Shown in pieces: positions 28,542-40,200 of a stretch of DNA of 64,000 bases (positions within the stretch are counted from its first letter, which is position 1; every line of letters begins with the position of its first letter). The translations under genes and the position numbers were made by a program. Location of the stretch: positions 124,001-188,000 of IMG/VR virus record IMGVR_UViG_3300030108_006260; one strand, given 5' to 3'. The notes under the pieces are model-generated. The model was given only the letters and a program-made list of their open reading frames with translations. It had not been told where the DNA came from and did not search any database.

Positions 28542-30178
28542 TCTTGTTCGCCTACAATGACAACCTCCTTGATGGACTTCTCGTCAATTATATCAACTAG
28601 GTCAGGAGTGACTCTGATCCTAAACTGGAAGAAGTCAGAGGCAGGAACGCTATCTGTTTGTGCGAGGCGCTGCCATGTTCCTGTGGCGGAGGTTCGGAAC
28701 TCTATACATACCTTAGAACTAGGTATTGTTCCCTTGACTAGGTACCCATGAAGGCTAACAGGTACTGAGTAGGAGAGGGCCTCAAAAGTAACTATGTTAT
28801 CTCCTAGGTATGCGTCTTCTGGGTATCGTACAAACCTGTTGTTAGTCAAATCTGTGAACAGAACCAGGTTTCTTACTGACCCGTCTACAGACAGGATGTC
28901 AGAGGCGACCGAGGAAGACTGAGCTACGGAGGAAGAAGACATGTGAGGTACTTGTGGAGTAAGTGGATTGCCTCCTATCAACTTAGAATCGTTAGAATAG
29001 TACCCGAAAGTCATTTGATGACGAAGGGTGGTAAGGTCAAAAACCTCTACACTACCCTCGTTACCAACGTATAGCTTTCTTCTTTCCTCATCAAGATGAA
29101 GCTTAGTGTCCTGTAGCCTAAGCCAATATTCTGAACTTCTCCCGTCTATGTGGGCAGTTAGAAAGTTGTTGCTAACACCCGTTGTAACACTAAGAGCACC
29201 CGCTTCCATGTAAGGGTAGCCAGTCTGGAAGGGATTATTGGTGTTTGTTGTAAGGTCGTTGAGGACCCACAATGACTGTAGAGAAGCGTCAAAGTGGAGA
29301 CTTACAGGTATCGTTACCTGACCCTGAGGAAGGGTTCCATCACCTGAATTTATAGCAACATAGTCTATAAATACAGGAGCAGACAAAGGTAAGTCTGAGG
29401 CGTTAAAAGAAGCGATGTACCCCGGACCGGTGGAAGAAGGAGGAGTTCCTTCAGTACAAGCTACATATAGAGTAGAAGTAGCAGGATCAAAAGCAAGGTC
29501 CACAGGGCCAGAAAGATCCCCTGTTGTAGGCAGTCCAGAAGTTCCAGGAGTTCCTAGACTCTGAATAAGAGTAAAGTTACTGGTACTATAGATGTTTATG
29601 ATGTGGTCTACTTGGTTTGATACTGCCAGGTACTCTACCCCATCTACCTCGAAAGTTATAGCGGAAGAAGGCTGTCCATACTGAGGAAGAACCGGAGTTC
29701 CCGATGCCAAAAACCCTGGAACAGCTCCAAGGGGCTGACCGTGCTCGTTTAGGTAAAGAACTCCGTGGTCTTCGTCAGTTACGTAATACCTACGACCGTC
29801 CGACAAAGTACCATAGGGTACGGTAGTCGCTGTTCCGAGGCTATCATCTCTTCTGACCCATATCTTCTTAAAACCAGATGATACATTTCCTCCTCCATGA
29901 AAGAGGGGCCTTACCCACCCCTGAAGGCGCTCTGCTCCTTTCCACTCAAATCGTATCTCGCGATTAAGCTGGTCGTTTACCATGAGTCCACTAGACCCGT
30001 TGGTGGCAGCAACCTTGGATGAGTCTAACCGTATGTTTTGGTCACTAGTTAGAGCAGATATGTGATCTTGGATAGCCTGGGCGTAAGATGAATCGGAGAG
30101 TACGGAGTTCTGGCTTACAGTCTGTGCGTTAGATACTACTAACGATAGGAAAGATTTAAAATTTTCAAAAAGAATCAT
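28538..30178 (-). CDS. NHL-like beta-propeller virion protein
   Basis: Blade motifs LSGPVDLAFDP...LYVA, IPVSLHFD...LWV, RKLYVG, LVLFTDLTNNR. Confidence 0.65.
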   Translation of the reverse strand: MILFENFKSFLSLVVSNAQTVSQNSVLSDSSYAQAIQDHISALTSDQNIRLDSSKVAATNGSSGLMVNDQLNREIRFEWKGAERLQGWVRPLFHGGGNVSSGFKKIWVRRDDSLGTATTVPYGTLSDGRRYYVTDEDHGVLYLNEHGQPLGAVPGFLASGTPVLPQYGQPSSAITFEVDGVEYLAVSNQVDHIINIYSTSNFTLIQSLGTPGTSGLPTTGDLSGPVDLAFDPATSTLYVACTEGTPPSSTGPGYIASFNASDLPLSAPVFIDYVAINSGDGTLPQGQVTIPVSLHFDASLQSLWVLNDLTTNTNNPFQTGYPYMEAGALSVTTGVSNNFLTAHIDGRSSEYWLRLQDTKLHLDEERRKLYVGNEGSVEVFDLTTLRHQMTFGYYSNDSKLIGGNPLTPQVPHMSSSSVAQSSSVASDILSVDGSVRNLVLFTDLTNNRFVRYPEDAYLGDNIVTFEALSYSVPVSLHGYLVKGTIPSSKVCIEFRTSATGTWQRLAQTDSVPASDFFQFRIRVTPDLVDIIDEKSIKEVVIVGEQE

Positions 30179-30189
30179 TTCTATTCTCG

Positions 30190-30768
30190 CTAGAGTGTTA
30201 TGACAATACGGTAAGAAACTACGTGCTTATCCGTCTTTACGTTTAGAGGTTGATGAGCCACAGCGAACATGAATTTACTACCGACCTCAAAGGGAAAAGG
30301 TGAACTTAGTATTTCAGCAAAAAGAGCAACTTCTCCTATGCCGGCGTTTAGCTCTAAGGCACCTATCCTTCCAACAAATGATTTAGAAGTACCATCTAAA
30401 GTAGCTGTTTCTACCTGATCAATGGTATCTCTAAATACCTCGGAGATAAGAGAAGTGGAACTCGGATCAACAGCAGTAGCGGATAGGGGGTTAGAGGGGT
30501 CGTACCCTGACGTGCCTACAGCAAACTCCATTACCCTAAAAGAAGTGCCGTCAGTTAAAGATCTGGCCATGTATTGGCGGGCCATGTCTGTTACTACAGC
30601 AGTTACGGTACTGACAGTAGCAGAACCTGACCCAAGAGCAGATCCTGATAGTGAATAGCCGATACACCCTGCTTCTGGTGGCCAATGCTGAGCGAATCCG
30701 CTAGAAGAAGATGACCCTGAGCCTACAAAAGGGCTGAGTGTAGTAAATGAAGATGAAAAACTAGCCAT
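30190..30768 (-). CDS. Tail-collar/fibre-attachment-like protein (paralogue of 42342-42818)
   Basis: TAVVTDMARQYMARSLTDGTSFRVMEFAVGTSG...GIGEVALFA...FMFAVA. Confidence 0.6.
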   Translation of the reverse strand: MASFSSSFTTLSPFVGSGSSSSSGFAQHWPPEAGCIGYSLSGSALGSGSATVSTVTAVVTDMARQYMARSLTDGTSFRVMEFAVGTSGYDPSNPLSATAVDPSSTSLISEVFRDTIDQVETATLDGTSKSFVGRIGALELNAGIGEVALFAEILSSPFPFEVGSKFMFAVAHQPLNVKTDKHVVSYRIVITL

Positions 30769-31195
30769 GTATCACCACGTCTTCCGGATGAAAATCGTCA
30801 TAAAATCCAGAGAAAACCTGATGAAGGGGTCCTCCTATTGAACATTCAGGAGTACCTATACCGTCAAGGCGAGAAAGGAGGCAACACCAAAAAAGGTCAT
30901 CGTGATAGTGTATTTTTGGTATGTTTCCAAGCAAGGTACTACGAAAATAAGACGCAGCAGAAGGAATATCTGTAATTACAGGAGGGTCCTCGGAAACCAG
31001 GTGAGCCACCGCAGCGGCAAGGGAATCCTGTACCTTGTTAGAGGCACGAGCCCACTGTGCTACATGGTTTATCTTATCTGCTAACCCCTGATCCAGTACT
31101 GCCCTTTTGTAGAAAGAAGAGCTGGACAATAAGAATTCAGGGGAAGCATATGCGTATCGGACCCTACTCACGGAAGAGGTGCCTTTCCGTTCCAT
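30761..31195 (-). CDS. Hypothetical protein (144 aa)
   Basis: Coupled ORF. Confidence 0.55.
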   Translation of the reverse strand: MERKGTSSVSRVRYAYASPEFLLSSSSFYKRAVLDQGLADKINHVAQWARASNKVQDSLAAAVAHLVSEDPPVITDIPSAASYFRSTLLGNIPKIHYHDDLFWCCLLSRLDGIGTPECSIGGPLHQVFSGFYDDFHPEDVVIHG

Positions 31196-32313
31196 ACAGA
31201 ACCGATTCCAGACCCTAAGGAATAAGTATTGTTGCTGTTCAGAGGAGTACGATTAAGGATGGCATCATTTAGTATTCTTAAACCAGGAACACGACCTCTC
31301 CACGCCTGGTTTGGTGACCTGTGGAAAACTACAGCGTCATAGTCATCCTGCTGCGAAGAGAAAGGATTAACTGAAGCGGCTGGGTCTGACATCATATCGT
31401 TTCCTGAGCTTAACAGACGTTTCTGGGCCACATAAACCGGAATGACAGAGAGTGTGTCGTCTAACATCTCACCAACAACGAAGTTGGAAGATACAGAAGT
31501 GTCCCTGCTAAGGTTGGACGAGGGAGAGGCCAGACTAGTTCCAAATATAGCGGAGTAACTTGTGTCCTTAGGAACACCGGGATCGGAAGGAGAGTGAAAA
31601 GGACTTAATGACCCTACCCACACAGCATTTCTATCAGAAGCAACTCCCCCCGTATCTTCTGACCATGCGTAGAAATAACCCACGTCAGGGTCTGCTACAC
31701 AGAAAGTCTGCGCTACTGTGTCATGCATGTAATGACCAGTAGATACAGGCAGGTCCCACGACGAAGTTCCAGTGTTCCAGCCCCCTATGAAACCTAGCTC
31801 CCACTCAAGACACAAAGGAGCACCTGCCCTCACTAGGCATCTTGCCTGCCACGGAACTACATCTGTAGCAGGATTTTGAATAACGAAGTAATCCCCTGCG
31901 GAAGGTGGAGAGGACGCAGCGTCAAATACAATAAAATCTACTCCAGTAGAACTCACGTTTAGTAAAGCAGACGAATCTAGAGTAACCTGAGTAGCGCTCG
32001 GAACAGCAGTTATCCTTGCTACAAAAGAGTTTGTAGGGTTAGTGATATCACGTATAGAGATGAACTTGTCCACAAAAGTTGCATCAAATACTCCAGTGGA
32101 AGAATAGAACTGTTGGGGAGTGGCTGCATTGACGATTCCGTCAGAAGCAGTATAAACAGACGTACCCCAGTTGGCTCCGCTAGCCTCAACTAGGGTAAAT
32201 TGGTTGACATTAACAAGCCAATGGTACAAAGCATGAGCTTGTACCCTATATCGAATTGCAGGTGGAGTTGCAGCAGTGGTTGTATCAAAGTTGTGTAAGT
32301 GAGTAGCAACCAT
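31168..32313 (-). CDS. Virion structural protein (paralogue of 36183-37247)
   Basis: Shares RI..VPSA..V, WQAR, GGW...W.LPV and RG...G.R motifs with 36183-37247. Confidence 0.6.
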   Translation of the reverse strand: MVATHLHNFDTTTAATPPAIRYRVQAHALYHWLVNVNQFTLVEASGANWGTSVYTASDGIVNAATPQQFYSSTGVFDATFVDKFISIRDITNPTNSFVARITAVPSATQVTLDSSALLNVSSTGVDFIVFDAASSPPSAGDYFVIQNPATDVVPWQARCLVRAGAPLCLEWELGFIGGWNTGTSSWDLPVSTGHYMHDTVAQTFCVADPDVGYFYAWSEDTGGVASDRNAVWVGSLSPFHSPSDPGVPKDTSYSAIFGTSLASPSSNLSRDTSVSSNFVVGEMLDDTLSVIPVYVAQKRLLSSGNDMMSDPAASVNPFSSQQDDYDAVVFHRSPNQAWRGRVPGLRILNDAILNRTPLNSNNTYSLGSGIGSVWNGKAPLP

Positions 32314-33332
32314 TAGTCTTCCTTAATGTCAGGTGTAGCGGTATCATCAAGATACTTTTGATACTGCTTTTGTTTTTTGTCGATGTCTCTTCGAGTTTTA
32401 GTATTTAGAGAGGCACTCTCAACTACTACCTGTCCAAGCTCTTTCAAGAGAGAAGCAAAAGCAGTGCATGTAGTGTAAGATCCTGGAAATAGTCCTTCTT
32501 TAGAAGAGTTAGCAGCTGCGTTGAAAGACTGAGCTAGTTGATTTGCCTGCTGCGCTGCTCTTACTATAAGAGTAAAGGTTTCATCATCAGAAGATGCTAG
32601 GCTCTTTTTAAGAGTGTCTTTATATTTTTGTATAACAGAAGCAGCATCCTGAGGTATCTGGGAGTATTTCCTTACAAGTTCACTGTACTCTGTAGTGTTC
32701 GACACCTGACCGGGGCTTTTACTTCGGGTCTTTCGGTCCAACTGTATCCTTGTTTGCTCCTGGTTTTTATCAGGTATCCTAGGAGACCCTCTAAGGGCAT
32801 CGGCCAGAGCGTCTGTGTTTCCCTCCATCTCCTCGTCAAAGTCTGATGGATCTGACGTGTTGTCTAAGGAGGAACTAGTAGCTGCCATGGATACATCCAC
32901 GGCTTTCCTTGAAGCAGCAAGTACTGTGTTGTACACTATTTTGAATAAGCGAATAGCTTCAAGAGATGCTTTTTTCTGCTCTTCTTTTAACTTGTGCTTC
33001 TTTTTTAGAAGAAACATAGGGCGATGAATAGTCCTCATGAAGAGTCTCTTATACCCCTTGTCAGTGTACCCCTTACTCATGGGGTACCTCTCTTTAATCC
33101 ACTTATCAAGTTCACTTTTCATCTCATTTTTATCTGGAGACGAGTTTATTAAGTCCGACGCCTTTCTATCAAAAGATGATAGGACTCTATTCAAAGACCT
33201 TGTGTTATTAATTACAGATCTTAGTGCACCCGAAGACTGAGGTATAGGCCCCATGAGAGATATGGCACCCTTAAGGGACTCAAAAATATCATTACCAATG
33301 TTCTTGACTTCTGACATTATAGAATCCTCCAC
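32313..33332 (-). CDS. Helical protein, possibly an internal virion protein (339 aa)
   Basis: All-alpha K/E/S-rich composition. Confidence 0.55.
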   Translation of the reverse strand: MEDSIMSEVKNIGNDIFESLKGAISLMGPIPQSSGALRSVINNTRSLNRVLSSFDRKASDLINSSPDKNEMKSELDKWIKERYPMSKGYTDKGYKRLFMRTIHRPMFLLKKKHKLKEEQKKASLEAIRLFKIVYNTVLAASRKAVDVSMAATSSSLDNTSDPSDFDEEMEGNTDALADALRGSPRIPDKNQEQTRIQLDRKTRSKSPGQVSNTTEYSELVRKYSQIPQDAASVIQKYKDTLKKSLASSDDETFTLIVRAAQQANQLAQSFNAAANSSKEGLFPGSYTTCTAFASLLKELGQVVVESASLNTKTRRDIDKKQKQYQKYLDDTATPDIKED

Positions 33333-33772
33333 CTATGTAGAACGCGGCTTGATGACTTTCCCAGTCTCACTCTTTCCGTGTGTACTACATTTAGGGCACG
33401 AATAAGAACCGAAGCAAGGTCGTCTTCTGCTTTTGGTTCGGGAAGAAGAAACCTAGAAGTGTCATCGATACGACGAGCACGTTGACGGGTATCGTCAATC
33501 TTTCCAACTGACTCCATGTACAATCCAGAATTTACAGGAGCACCAGGAACCTTTGCAGGAGGTAGCGTCTTCCTCTCTGCACGATCTACCTCGTCAGACA
33601 AAAATTGTCGTACAAATTGCTTGGATTTCTTGCTAATTGTACGAACCTTCCTGAGTCGTTCGTTTATTTCACGGACTTGGCTTCGATGAAGTTCCTTGTT
33701 TTCTCTCTCCAAGTCTACTAGACCAGGGAAAGAAGATCTGTCGTTATCGTCTTTCACTTCCGAATATTCCAA
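33317..33772 (-). CDS. Hypothetical coiled-coil protein (151 aa)
   Basis: Overlaps both neighbours. Confidence 0.6.
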   Translation of the reverse strand: MEYSEVKDDNDRSSFPGLVDLERENKELHRSQVREINERLRKVRTISKKSKQFVRQFLSDEVDRAERKTLPPAKVPGAPVNSGLYMESVGKIDDTRQRARRIDDTSRFLLPEPKAEDDLASVLIRALNVVHTERVRLGKSSSRVLHRWRIL

Positions 33773-34050
33773 ATTCTCTCAGCAAGATTGTGAGTCTGAT
33801 CTATGGCGTCTATGACACTCTGTCCATAGTCCTTCAGGGTCTGATTTATCTCTTCTTCCCTCTTATTCTGTTTCTCATATATCTTCTCAAGAGTTGCCGC
33901 TTGAGAAGATAGTATATCCTGGATCTTCTCGTTAAGTTCTTCTATTCTCTCTTTGGACTGCTTCTTTTCATCTATATACATTTTTAAAAGAACAGCCGCC
34001 ACTATACCTATAGGACCGTTAGTAAGAAGAGATGTTATAAGGTCAGTCAT
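33754..34050 (-). CDS. Holin-like protein (single N-terminal TM plus coiled coil)
   Basis: LLTNGPIGIVAAVLL followed by a charged coiled coil, a BhlA-like architecture. Confidence 0.5.
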   Translation of the reverse strand: MTDLITSLLTNGPIGIVAAVLLKMYIDEKKQSKERIEELNEKIQDILSSQAATLEKIYEKQNKREEEINQTLKDYGQSVIDAIDQTHNLAERIWNIRK

Positions 34051-36180
34051 TTAAGACTTACCAGAGGAAAGAGATGATATTCCTTCATTAGACCTTAGAG
34101 CTAAGTCTAGTGTATCGTCTATAGAAAGAAACAAATATCCAAAAGCTTGTATAGTTAGAGGAAGGGAGGGGTATTTATTTTTAGCCTTGTACGACGTCTG
34201 AATAAGCTTATTTGCCAGTTTTGCTATCCTATCCGAGTGCCGCAGTAACTCCCTCTCTAGGTCTGCGTCGTCAGGTATAAGAGCAAGGTGCGAAAGAAGA
34301 CGGGGCTTCAAGTCCTCCATTAACCTAACAGCCTGCTCATAATCAGATTTATTGGGACGGGATGCTTGTTCTTGTCCCGCCATAGCACCTCCAGAAGGAA
34401 GTGCTTCGAGGCCGTCGCGTATTACATCCCTTTGCTTTCCTATAAGGTCCGCTTGTTGTTGCATTTCCTGCATAGCTCTTTCTATTCTAGCTACTTCATT
34501 AGGGTCATTACCCCTTTTAGCTTCTTCCAAAAGAGAATCTGCACGATCCAGTTGCTGCCTCAGGTCTAGTTCGACACGGGAAAGATGCTGGAGGTGCTTA
34601 CGAGCATCTTCGAGAGGTTTACCGAAATCTCTTCTAGGACCTTTGTCTTCCGTCTTGAACTTCTGCTTATCAACAAGGTCGGAGGCACGATCATAGATGT
34701 CCTTGCCTTTATCCCATACCTTTCGTGCAGTATCATGCGTGTCCTTAGCAAAGTTCTTAATCGAGTTTCCTACTTGCCGAGACTTGTCCATAATTTCTTT
34801 GAAGGATAGAGCCTCTTTTATGTGACCCGCTTCGAGGAGATCAATGTAGATGTAAGAAGCCTCCTTAGACTGACTGGACACGGCCGCTAACATAGATTTA
34901 GCAATAATTTCATAGAGAAAAGGAACTAGTATGATAGATGTTCTATGCATGTCGTTCCTAGAATATTTATCTGCCAGAGAACGCATACTGTCTGCCCTCT
35001 TAGCTATACCCTCGCTGGCTATCCTTATGGCCTTGTCAACGGATTTATCAACGGGGATGTCAGGAGCAATAAAGTCTGTAACAAACCCTCGCAGGGCAGG
35101 CTCCGCTCCCTGCAAAAAGAGCTGCATGTCCTTTGACTTTTCCTTTATATTGTCTGACTTGGATCGTATGTCAGTCTTTTCGTCTTTCTCTATAAGATCC
35201 TCTGAATCTTTTGACACATCTTCAAAAGAAGGCATGTCATACACCTCTTCGATCTCACGAAGGGACTCCTCTACTTTTTTGCTCTTAAGAGTGTTCTCTT
35301 TTTTAAGAATCTTTCTGACAAGTGTTTTCATTTGCTTGTTTAGAATGAAAACCTCTACATTCAAAGAGTCAGACTTCATATCAAGCTCGTTGAATGATCG
35401 TAGTCTCCCTCCAAGGAGAGACTTCTCCTGGTCTCTTCTTATCCTGGACAACTGGTTTAGGTAGTTTTGGAGCTTTCTGTCCTTCTCAGCTAGCTCTTTC
35501 CGCAGAGATCCGATGTCCCTAATTATTTTTGTCCGCTCGTTTATTCTCTCTAGGAGGAGTTCATCATCCTCAGGGCCAGAAGTTAGGGTTGCTGTCTCGT
35601 TTATCTCTTGCAGCTCCTCAAGGAGAGCATCTTCGTGTGAAACAATAGAAGAAATCATTTTGTTTTGAGCACGAATTTGATCTTCGATTAGAGTAAGATT
35701 ACGCTCTGTCTCTTCTCTCAGGTCCTCAAAGTGCTCAATACGACGGTGAGAAATGTCGGACCCGTCGTTTTCTTCTTCCATAGATTCGATCCTGTCATAA
35801 AGGGAATCTATGAACTCTTGAGTTGCCTTTTGTTTCTTGTTAAGAAGGTCCAGTCTCTTCTTAGCCTTATCAAGCTCCTTCTGAACAGCAGCATCGTGCT
35901 TGTCTAGAAGATATTCTCTCTTATCGTCAGACTTCTTCTTATTTTCAAAGGTAAAGTCTGATTTGAGAATGTCTCGGGCCTCTTCTGGCCCCATCTTTGA
36001 AATGAAGTCGTCGGGCCATCCGAGCAGAGACAGGTTCTTTTTATCCTCTTCGGATAGGAAGGAAGACTCCGCAGAAACAGATCGGGGCCCTCTTAAAGAC
36101 GCAAGGACACGTCGCCTCTTTTTGTGTAAGGCCGACATGTCTCGGTTCAGAGAGGTAGGAAAAAAGGTACTTCTTGCCAT
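34051..36180 (-). CDS. Large coiled-coil protein (709 aa), possibly an internal/ejection protein
   Basis: Extensive heptad repeats and no enzyme motifs. Confidence 0.6.
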   Translation of the reverse strand: MARSTFFPTSLNRDMSALHKKRRRVLASLRGPRSVSAESSFLSEEDKKNLSLLGWPDDFISKMGPEEARDILKSDFTFENKKKSDDKREYLLDKHDAAVQKELDKAKKRLDLLNKKQKATQEFIDSLYDRIESMEEENDGSDISHRRIEHFEDLREETERNLTLIEDQIRAQNKMISSIVSHEDALLEELQEINETATLTSGPEDDELLLERINERTKIIRDIGSLRKELAEKDRKLQNYLNQLSRIRRDQEKSLLGGRLRSFNELDMKSDSLNVEVFILNKQMKTLVRKILKKENTLKSKKVEESLREIEEVYDMPSFEDVSKDSEDLIEKDEKTDIRSKSDNIKEKSKDMQLFLQGAEPALRGFVTDFIAPDIPVDKSVDKAIRIASEGIAKRADSMRSLADKYSRNDMHRTSIILVPFLYEIIAKSMLAAVSSQSKEASYIYIDLLEAGHIKEALSFKEIMDKSRQVGNSIKNFAKDTHDTARKVWDKGKDIYDRASDLVDKQKFKTEDKGPRRDFGKPLEDARKHLQHLSRVELDLRQQLDRADSLLEEAKRGNDPNEVARIERAMQEMQQQADLIGKQRDVIRDGLEALPSGGAMAGQEQASRPNKSDYEQAVRLMEDLKPRLLSHLALIPDDADLERELLRHSDRIAKLANKLIQTSYKAKNKYPSLPLTIQAFGYLFLSIDDTLDLALRSNEGISSLSSGKS

Positions 36181-36182
36181 GA

Positions 36183-37247
36183 TTACCTAGATAAGCTACC
36201 GTCCCAGTCAATGGCAATGCCTCCTCCTAAACTTAGTAAAAGACGTCCATTATCAACAAAACTACGGTAGGGAATAAGTGGTGAAATGTATCTATAGCCA
36301 CGAAGGTATCCGCGATCATCCTCTTCGAATCCTGCATCCTCTGTACCTAGTGGAATTCTAGCTGAGTCCCTACGGATGTCGAAAACACTATCAGGAAGAG
36401 CGGTAAACATATTTTGCTGGGATGAATCTCCGTATGTGACAGCAGAGTATGTAAGTGCGTTGCTCAGGGACTGGTCCAGAGCGTCTACGGAAGCAAGAGC
36501 CCCAGTAGGAGACAGTGCAGGGCTTCCTCCGAACGAGACAACGAACCTGTCATCATTTGCGGGGCGGCGTGGCTCTCCTGCTCCAAGATATCCTATTTCA
36601 AATACTCCCGTAGCTGCTGTGTTCTGAGTGAATAATCTAACGTTAGTGTCATCTATTAGCGCGTACCAAGTCTGTGTCGTATCTGCCGACACACTGCGGG
36701 CAGGAAGAACAGGAAGAGTCCATCCAGCGGACCATCCACCCTGAGGTGAGACCTCAAAGTCAATGCGGTCAGTGATTCCACCCGTAACAAATATCCTGGC
36801 CTGCCAAAGAGGTGATGCAGACCCTGACAATCCCTGAACAACGTACTCGCTGGCTCCAGCACTATTAAGTGAGGGATCTACTACTCTAAACGATATGTTT
36901 ATGTCATCAACAAAGCTAGCACCGTAGAGTCCTCCCTCTACCACCACTTCGTCAGCAGATGGGACACCTATAATTCTGTACACGCCATTATTTGAAAATT
37001 CCGACCCGTAAACCGTAAGCCACATTCCTACATGAGCAGGAAGAAATGGACTGGCACCTGACCTGATGCGGTTAGGCTGTGTAGAGGTAGCTTCACCATC
37101 ATTGCCAGAAGCTAGGGGTGCTTCAAAAACACCTAGCGGTGTTGCCTCTACACTTGACCACCCTTGAGAGTAAACTAGTACCTCACGAAGTAGGAGGTGA
37201 AACTCCCTCGCAGGTACATTAAATCTTTTCATAATTTTAGTGGGCAT
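36183..37247 (-). CDS. Virion structural protein (paralogue of 31168-32313)
   Basis: Shares the motifs listed for 31168-32313. Confidence 0.6.
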   Translation of the reverse strand: MPTKIMKRFNVPAREFHLLLREVLVYSQGWSSVEATPLGVFEAPLASGNDGEATSTQPNRIRSGASPFLPAHVGMWLTVYGSEFSNNGVYRIIGVPSADEVVVEGGLYGASFVDDINISFRVVDPSLNSAGASEYVVQGLSGSASPLWQARIFVTGGITDRIDFEVSPQGGWSAGWTLPVLPARSVSADTTQTWYALIDDTNVRLFTQNTAATGVFEIGYLGAGEPRRPANDDRFVVSFGGSPALSPTGALASVDALDQSLSNALTYSAVTYGDSSQQNMFTALPDSVFDIRRDSARIPLGTEDAGFEEDDRGYLRGYRYISPLIPYRSFVDNGRLLLSLGGGIAIDWDGSLSR

Positions 37248-37250
37248 TAA

Positions 37251-40200
37251 TCAAGAATCTTTCGTGTACAACGGCCTACCTACAGGGTAGAATGCATCAA
37301 TTGCAGCTTCTCTTCCCGTCCTGACTCTCAATATTGAAGACCTGTCAGCTGAGGAGGAGTTTAGTATGGAATGACTCACAACAAGAGAGATAAGACCGCT
37401 TGGGTCCTTTATTAGGTACGTAAATGAAGCACCAACAAAAAGGGAATCTGATAGAGAAGAAGAGGTAGTGTCGGGGGAATGTGCCCCGTACACTTCTTGT
37501 GTTGATGATGCAAAGGAGGAAGGTAGAGTACGAGATCTAGGACTGTCTGCAAAAGGCCATGAGATGTAAACTCCTAGCCTATCAAGGACAGAAAGGCTAT
37601 CCTGTGCTTCTAAGTCGGACAGTGGAACATAGTACAAGAAAGATCCCAAAGAGGAAGAAGCACTTGCTACACCGAGGTCTAGAGAGTACCTAGATACTTT
37701 ACCGCGAGGCACAGACCCATAGGAAGAATCTCCGTTTGCGAAAAATGAAGATTCAAGAGTAGCAAAATCAGGTGCAGACCACGGGTTAGAAAGAACCGCC
37801 CCTGTATGTAGGAGAGACCCAGCTCCTTGTCCTTCGTATTCAGTCCTAACTAATCTGGAATACTTTCGTCTAGACGAGTTAGAAGAAGGAACAGAAGGAT
37901 CTCTATAATAGACAGTTACAGTGTATACGAAGTGTTCTGCTCCAGGCGTGAGGCTTCGTATACGTAAAACATAGTTGTTAGAAGACTGCTTTAGAGCACC
38001 TACACCATCAAATTCATATACCCTTACTTCTTCATCTGAAGAACTAGTAGATATTGTAGCTGTTGCTACAGTAGAGGAGGAGGGAGGATTTATGTTAAGA
38101 AGGTCTAGCTCGAACGAAGCAGAAGTAGCAGTACCTACTCGTACAGTTACTCCATTTATGTATGCACCATCAGGGACTATAAGAGGATAATAAGCGTATC
38201 TGTCTGCTACGCTAGGTGCACGCCATGCACCTAGCGAGTACTCCATACCTACAAGAGCACCCACATCGTCACCCCGTGCTTCCTCTGGGTGGATGACCCG
38301 CGACACAGTAGCAGGTCGATCAAATAGAAGGGTGTTTTCCACGAGGGTCTCTGCTTCCGAGACACCGTAGACTGATCCCCCTGTAGGTAGCCTTCGAGTC
38401 AGGGCCCCTATAGAGCGAGTTCCTGCATCATGAGTGGAAGAAGACTCAAGAACTGCACTACCATGAGAGTTTCTTAGCTGAAGAAGGTCCTGACCCCGAC
38501 TGGCGGGAGATCCTGTATCTTGAGCAAGTACTACTTCTCCTCTAAAATCCCATGACAAGGATCTAGGAGATATCCAGGGCATGTTAGTTCCCATGGTGTG
38601 AACGTCAACGTCACCTACCTTAAGAACAGTACCAGTAGTCTTATCCTGGAGTGGATAAGCGTCTGCTAGTCCCTGGTATGGGGTCATGTCGTAGTAAACG
38701 GTCAGAGACTGGGCTGCGGTAAGAGGAACGCGACAAGGAGATACCAAAAGTACCTCGAAATCAAATCCAGGATAACCAGAGTAGTCAAAAGAGGCAAAGG
38801 CACTATACCCCGAAGTATACAAGGGGTCCGAGAGGGCGTCTTTGACACCTACAGTAATAGTGTTAACTCCTCCAATGTTTGTATTGTCTCGAAGGCCAGG
38901 GTCAGTCCATAAGCGCCACTGAGGTGACGAGGTGGTTACGTTACGAGCGTAAGCCATTAGCTCAGACCCTCCCCAAGAAAGAGAAGAAATTTCTGACCCG
39001 TTACTTGTTCCGAGGAAGAACCCAGAATAACCAGAATCTCTAACAGGCACCAAGAAGTTCCTGCTAGGAAGCGCAGTAGGATTTCGAGTGGGCTGTACTT
39101 GTGATGCTCCGGAACTTCCTCCTACAAAAGTAGGACGAATGGCGGAGGTAGACCATGAATACAGGCCCCGTACACCCCTATTGAATGGACTTACTATAGC
39201 CCACCTGTTTATAAGGTCACCATCGAATGCTACAGTGAAAGTAACAGGAGTAGCAACCGATCCAGGATCGAAACTTACTACTATTTGCTCGAATCCCTGA
39301 GCCAACCCAGCAGCATTTTGAAGATCAACATAAGTTATCTTGGGAGATCCGGAAGGGAGGGCTAAAGAAGAACCCTGTATGGACACATCAAGAATACCAT
39401 ACATACGTAACTGAGAAGCTACGGAAGCATACTTGTTACCTGCCCCTCCCAAAGCAGCAAATAGGTCCGCTTGAGTAATAGTAATCTGATCACCTACAGG
39501 AGACGCAGTTACCTGAGCAACAAGAGGTGAAGAGTCAACCTCAACGGTAGATACACCGTTAAAGAAGTCTATGCGGTGTACGTTGTCCGCTACTTCGAAC
39601 ATACCACCGTTGTTAGAGTAGGTTGGGCCCCTACCACGAGAAGGACGTCGTGCCCATACCTGAACATGAACGACTCCAGCAGAAGAGGCTCCAGCAGGAA
39701 GTGGTATGGCAATACCACCAGATGCCGCCGATGCAAGATTACCCTCAGCATCAAAAGAAATAGACCCTGGACTGAAGGCGGCTGCATACGGGATATCGGT
39801 TGCGGTGTTCGTTCCTACTGTGTGAGTAATAACTTGCACGCCACCAGGCCCTAACAAAGTATTTGTTCTATCGTTATCCAGATTTAGAACATACCCAGGA
39901 GGAGCATTTATAGTAAGGAACCCCTCGGTAGGAGTACCAGACCAGGTGAATGTAGGGGTAGAGCTTCCATCTGTAACTGCTACACCACTGTTCCAGACTG
40001 GAAAAGTAGCAGATAGTAGTACTGCCTCATCAGAGTCTCCCCAAAATGTCACAGACCCGTTTGGTGCCCCTGGTATAGTGAAAGTGCCTGCTGCGGGGGC
40101 CGATGCTACCCTGTCTACCTGTAGGTATTGTGTTCCTGCGACATCACTGGAAAGGGAGGACTCTCGCATCCTAGTTCTTAAGTCTCCACGGTACAAAAGG

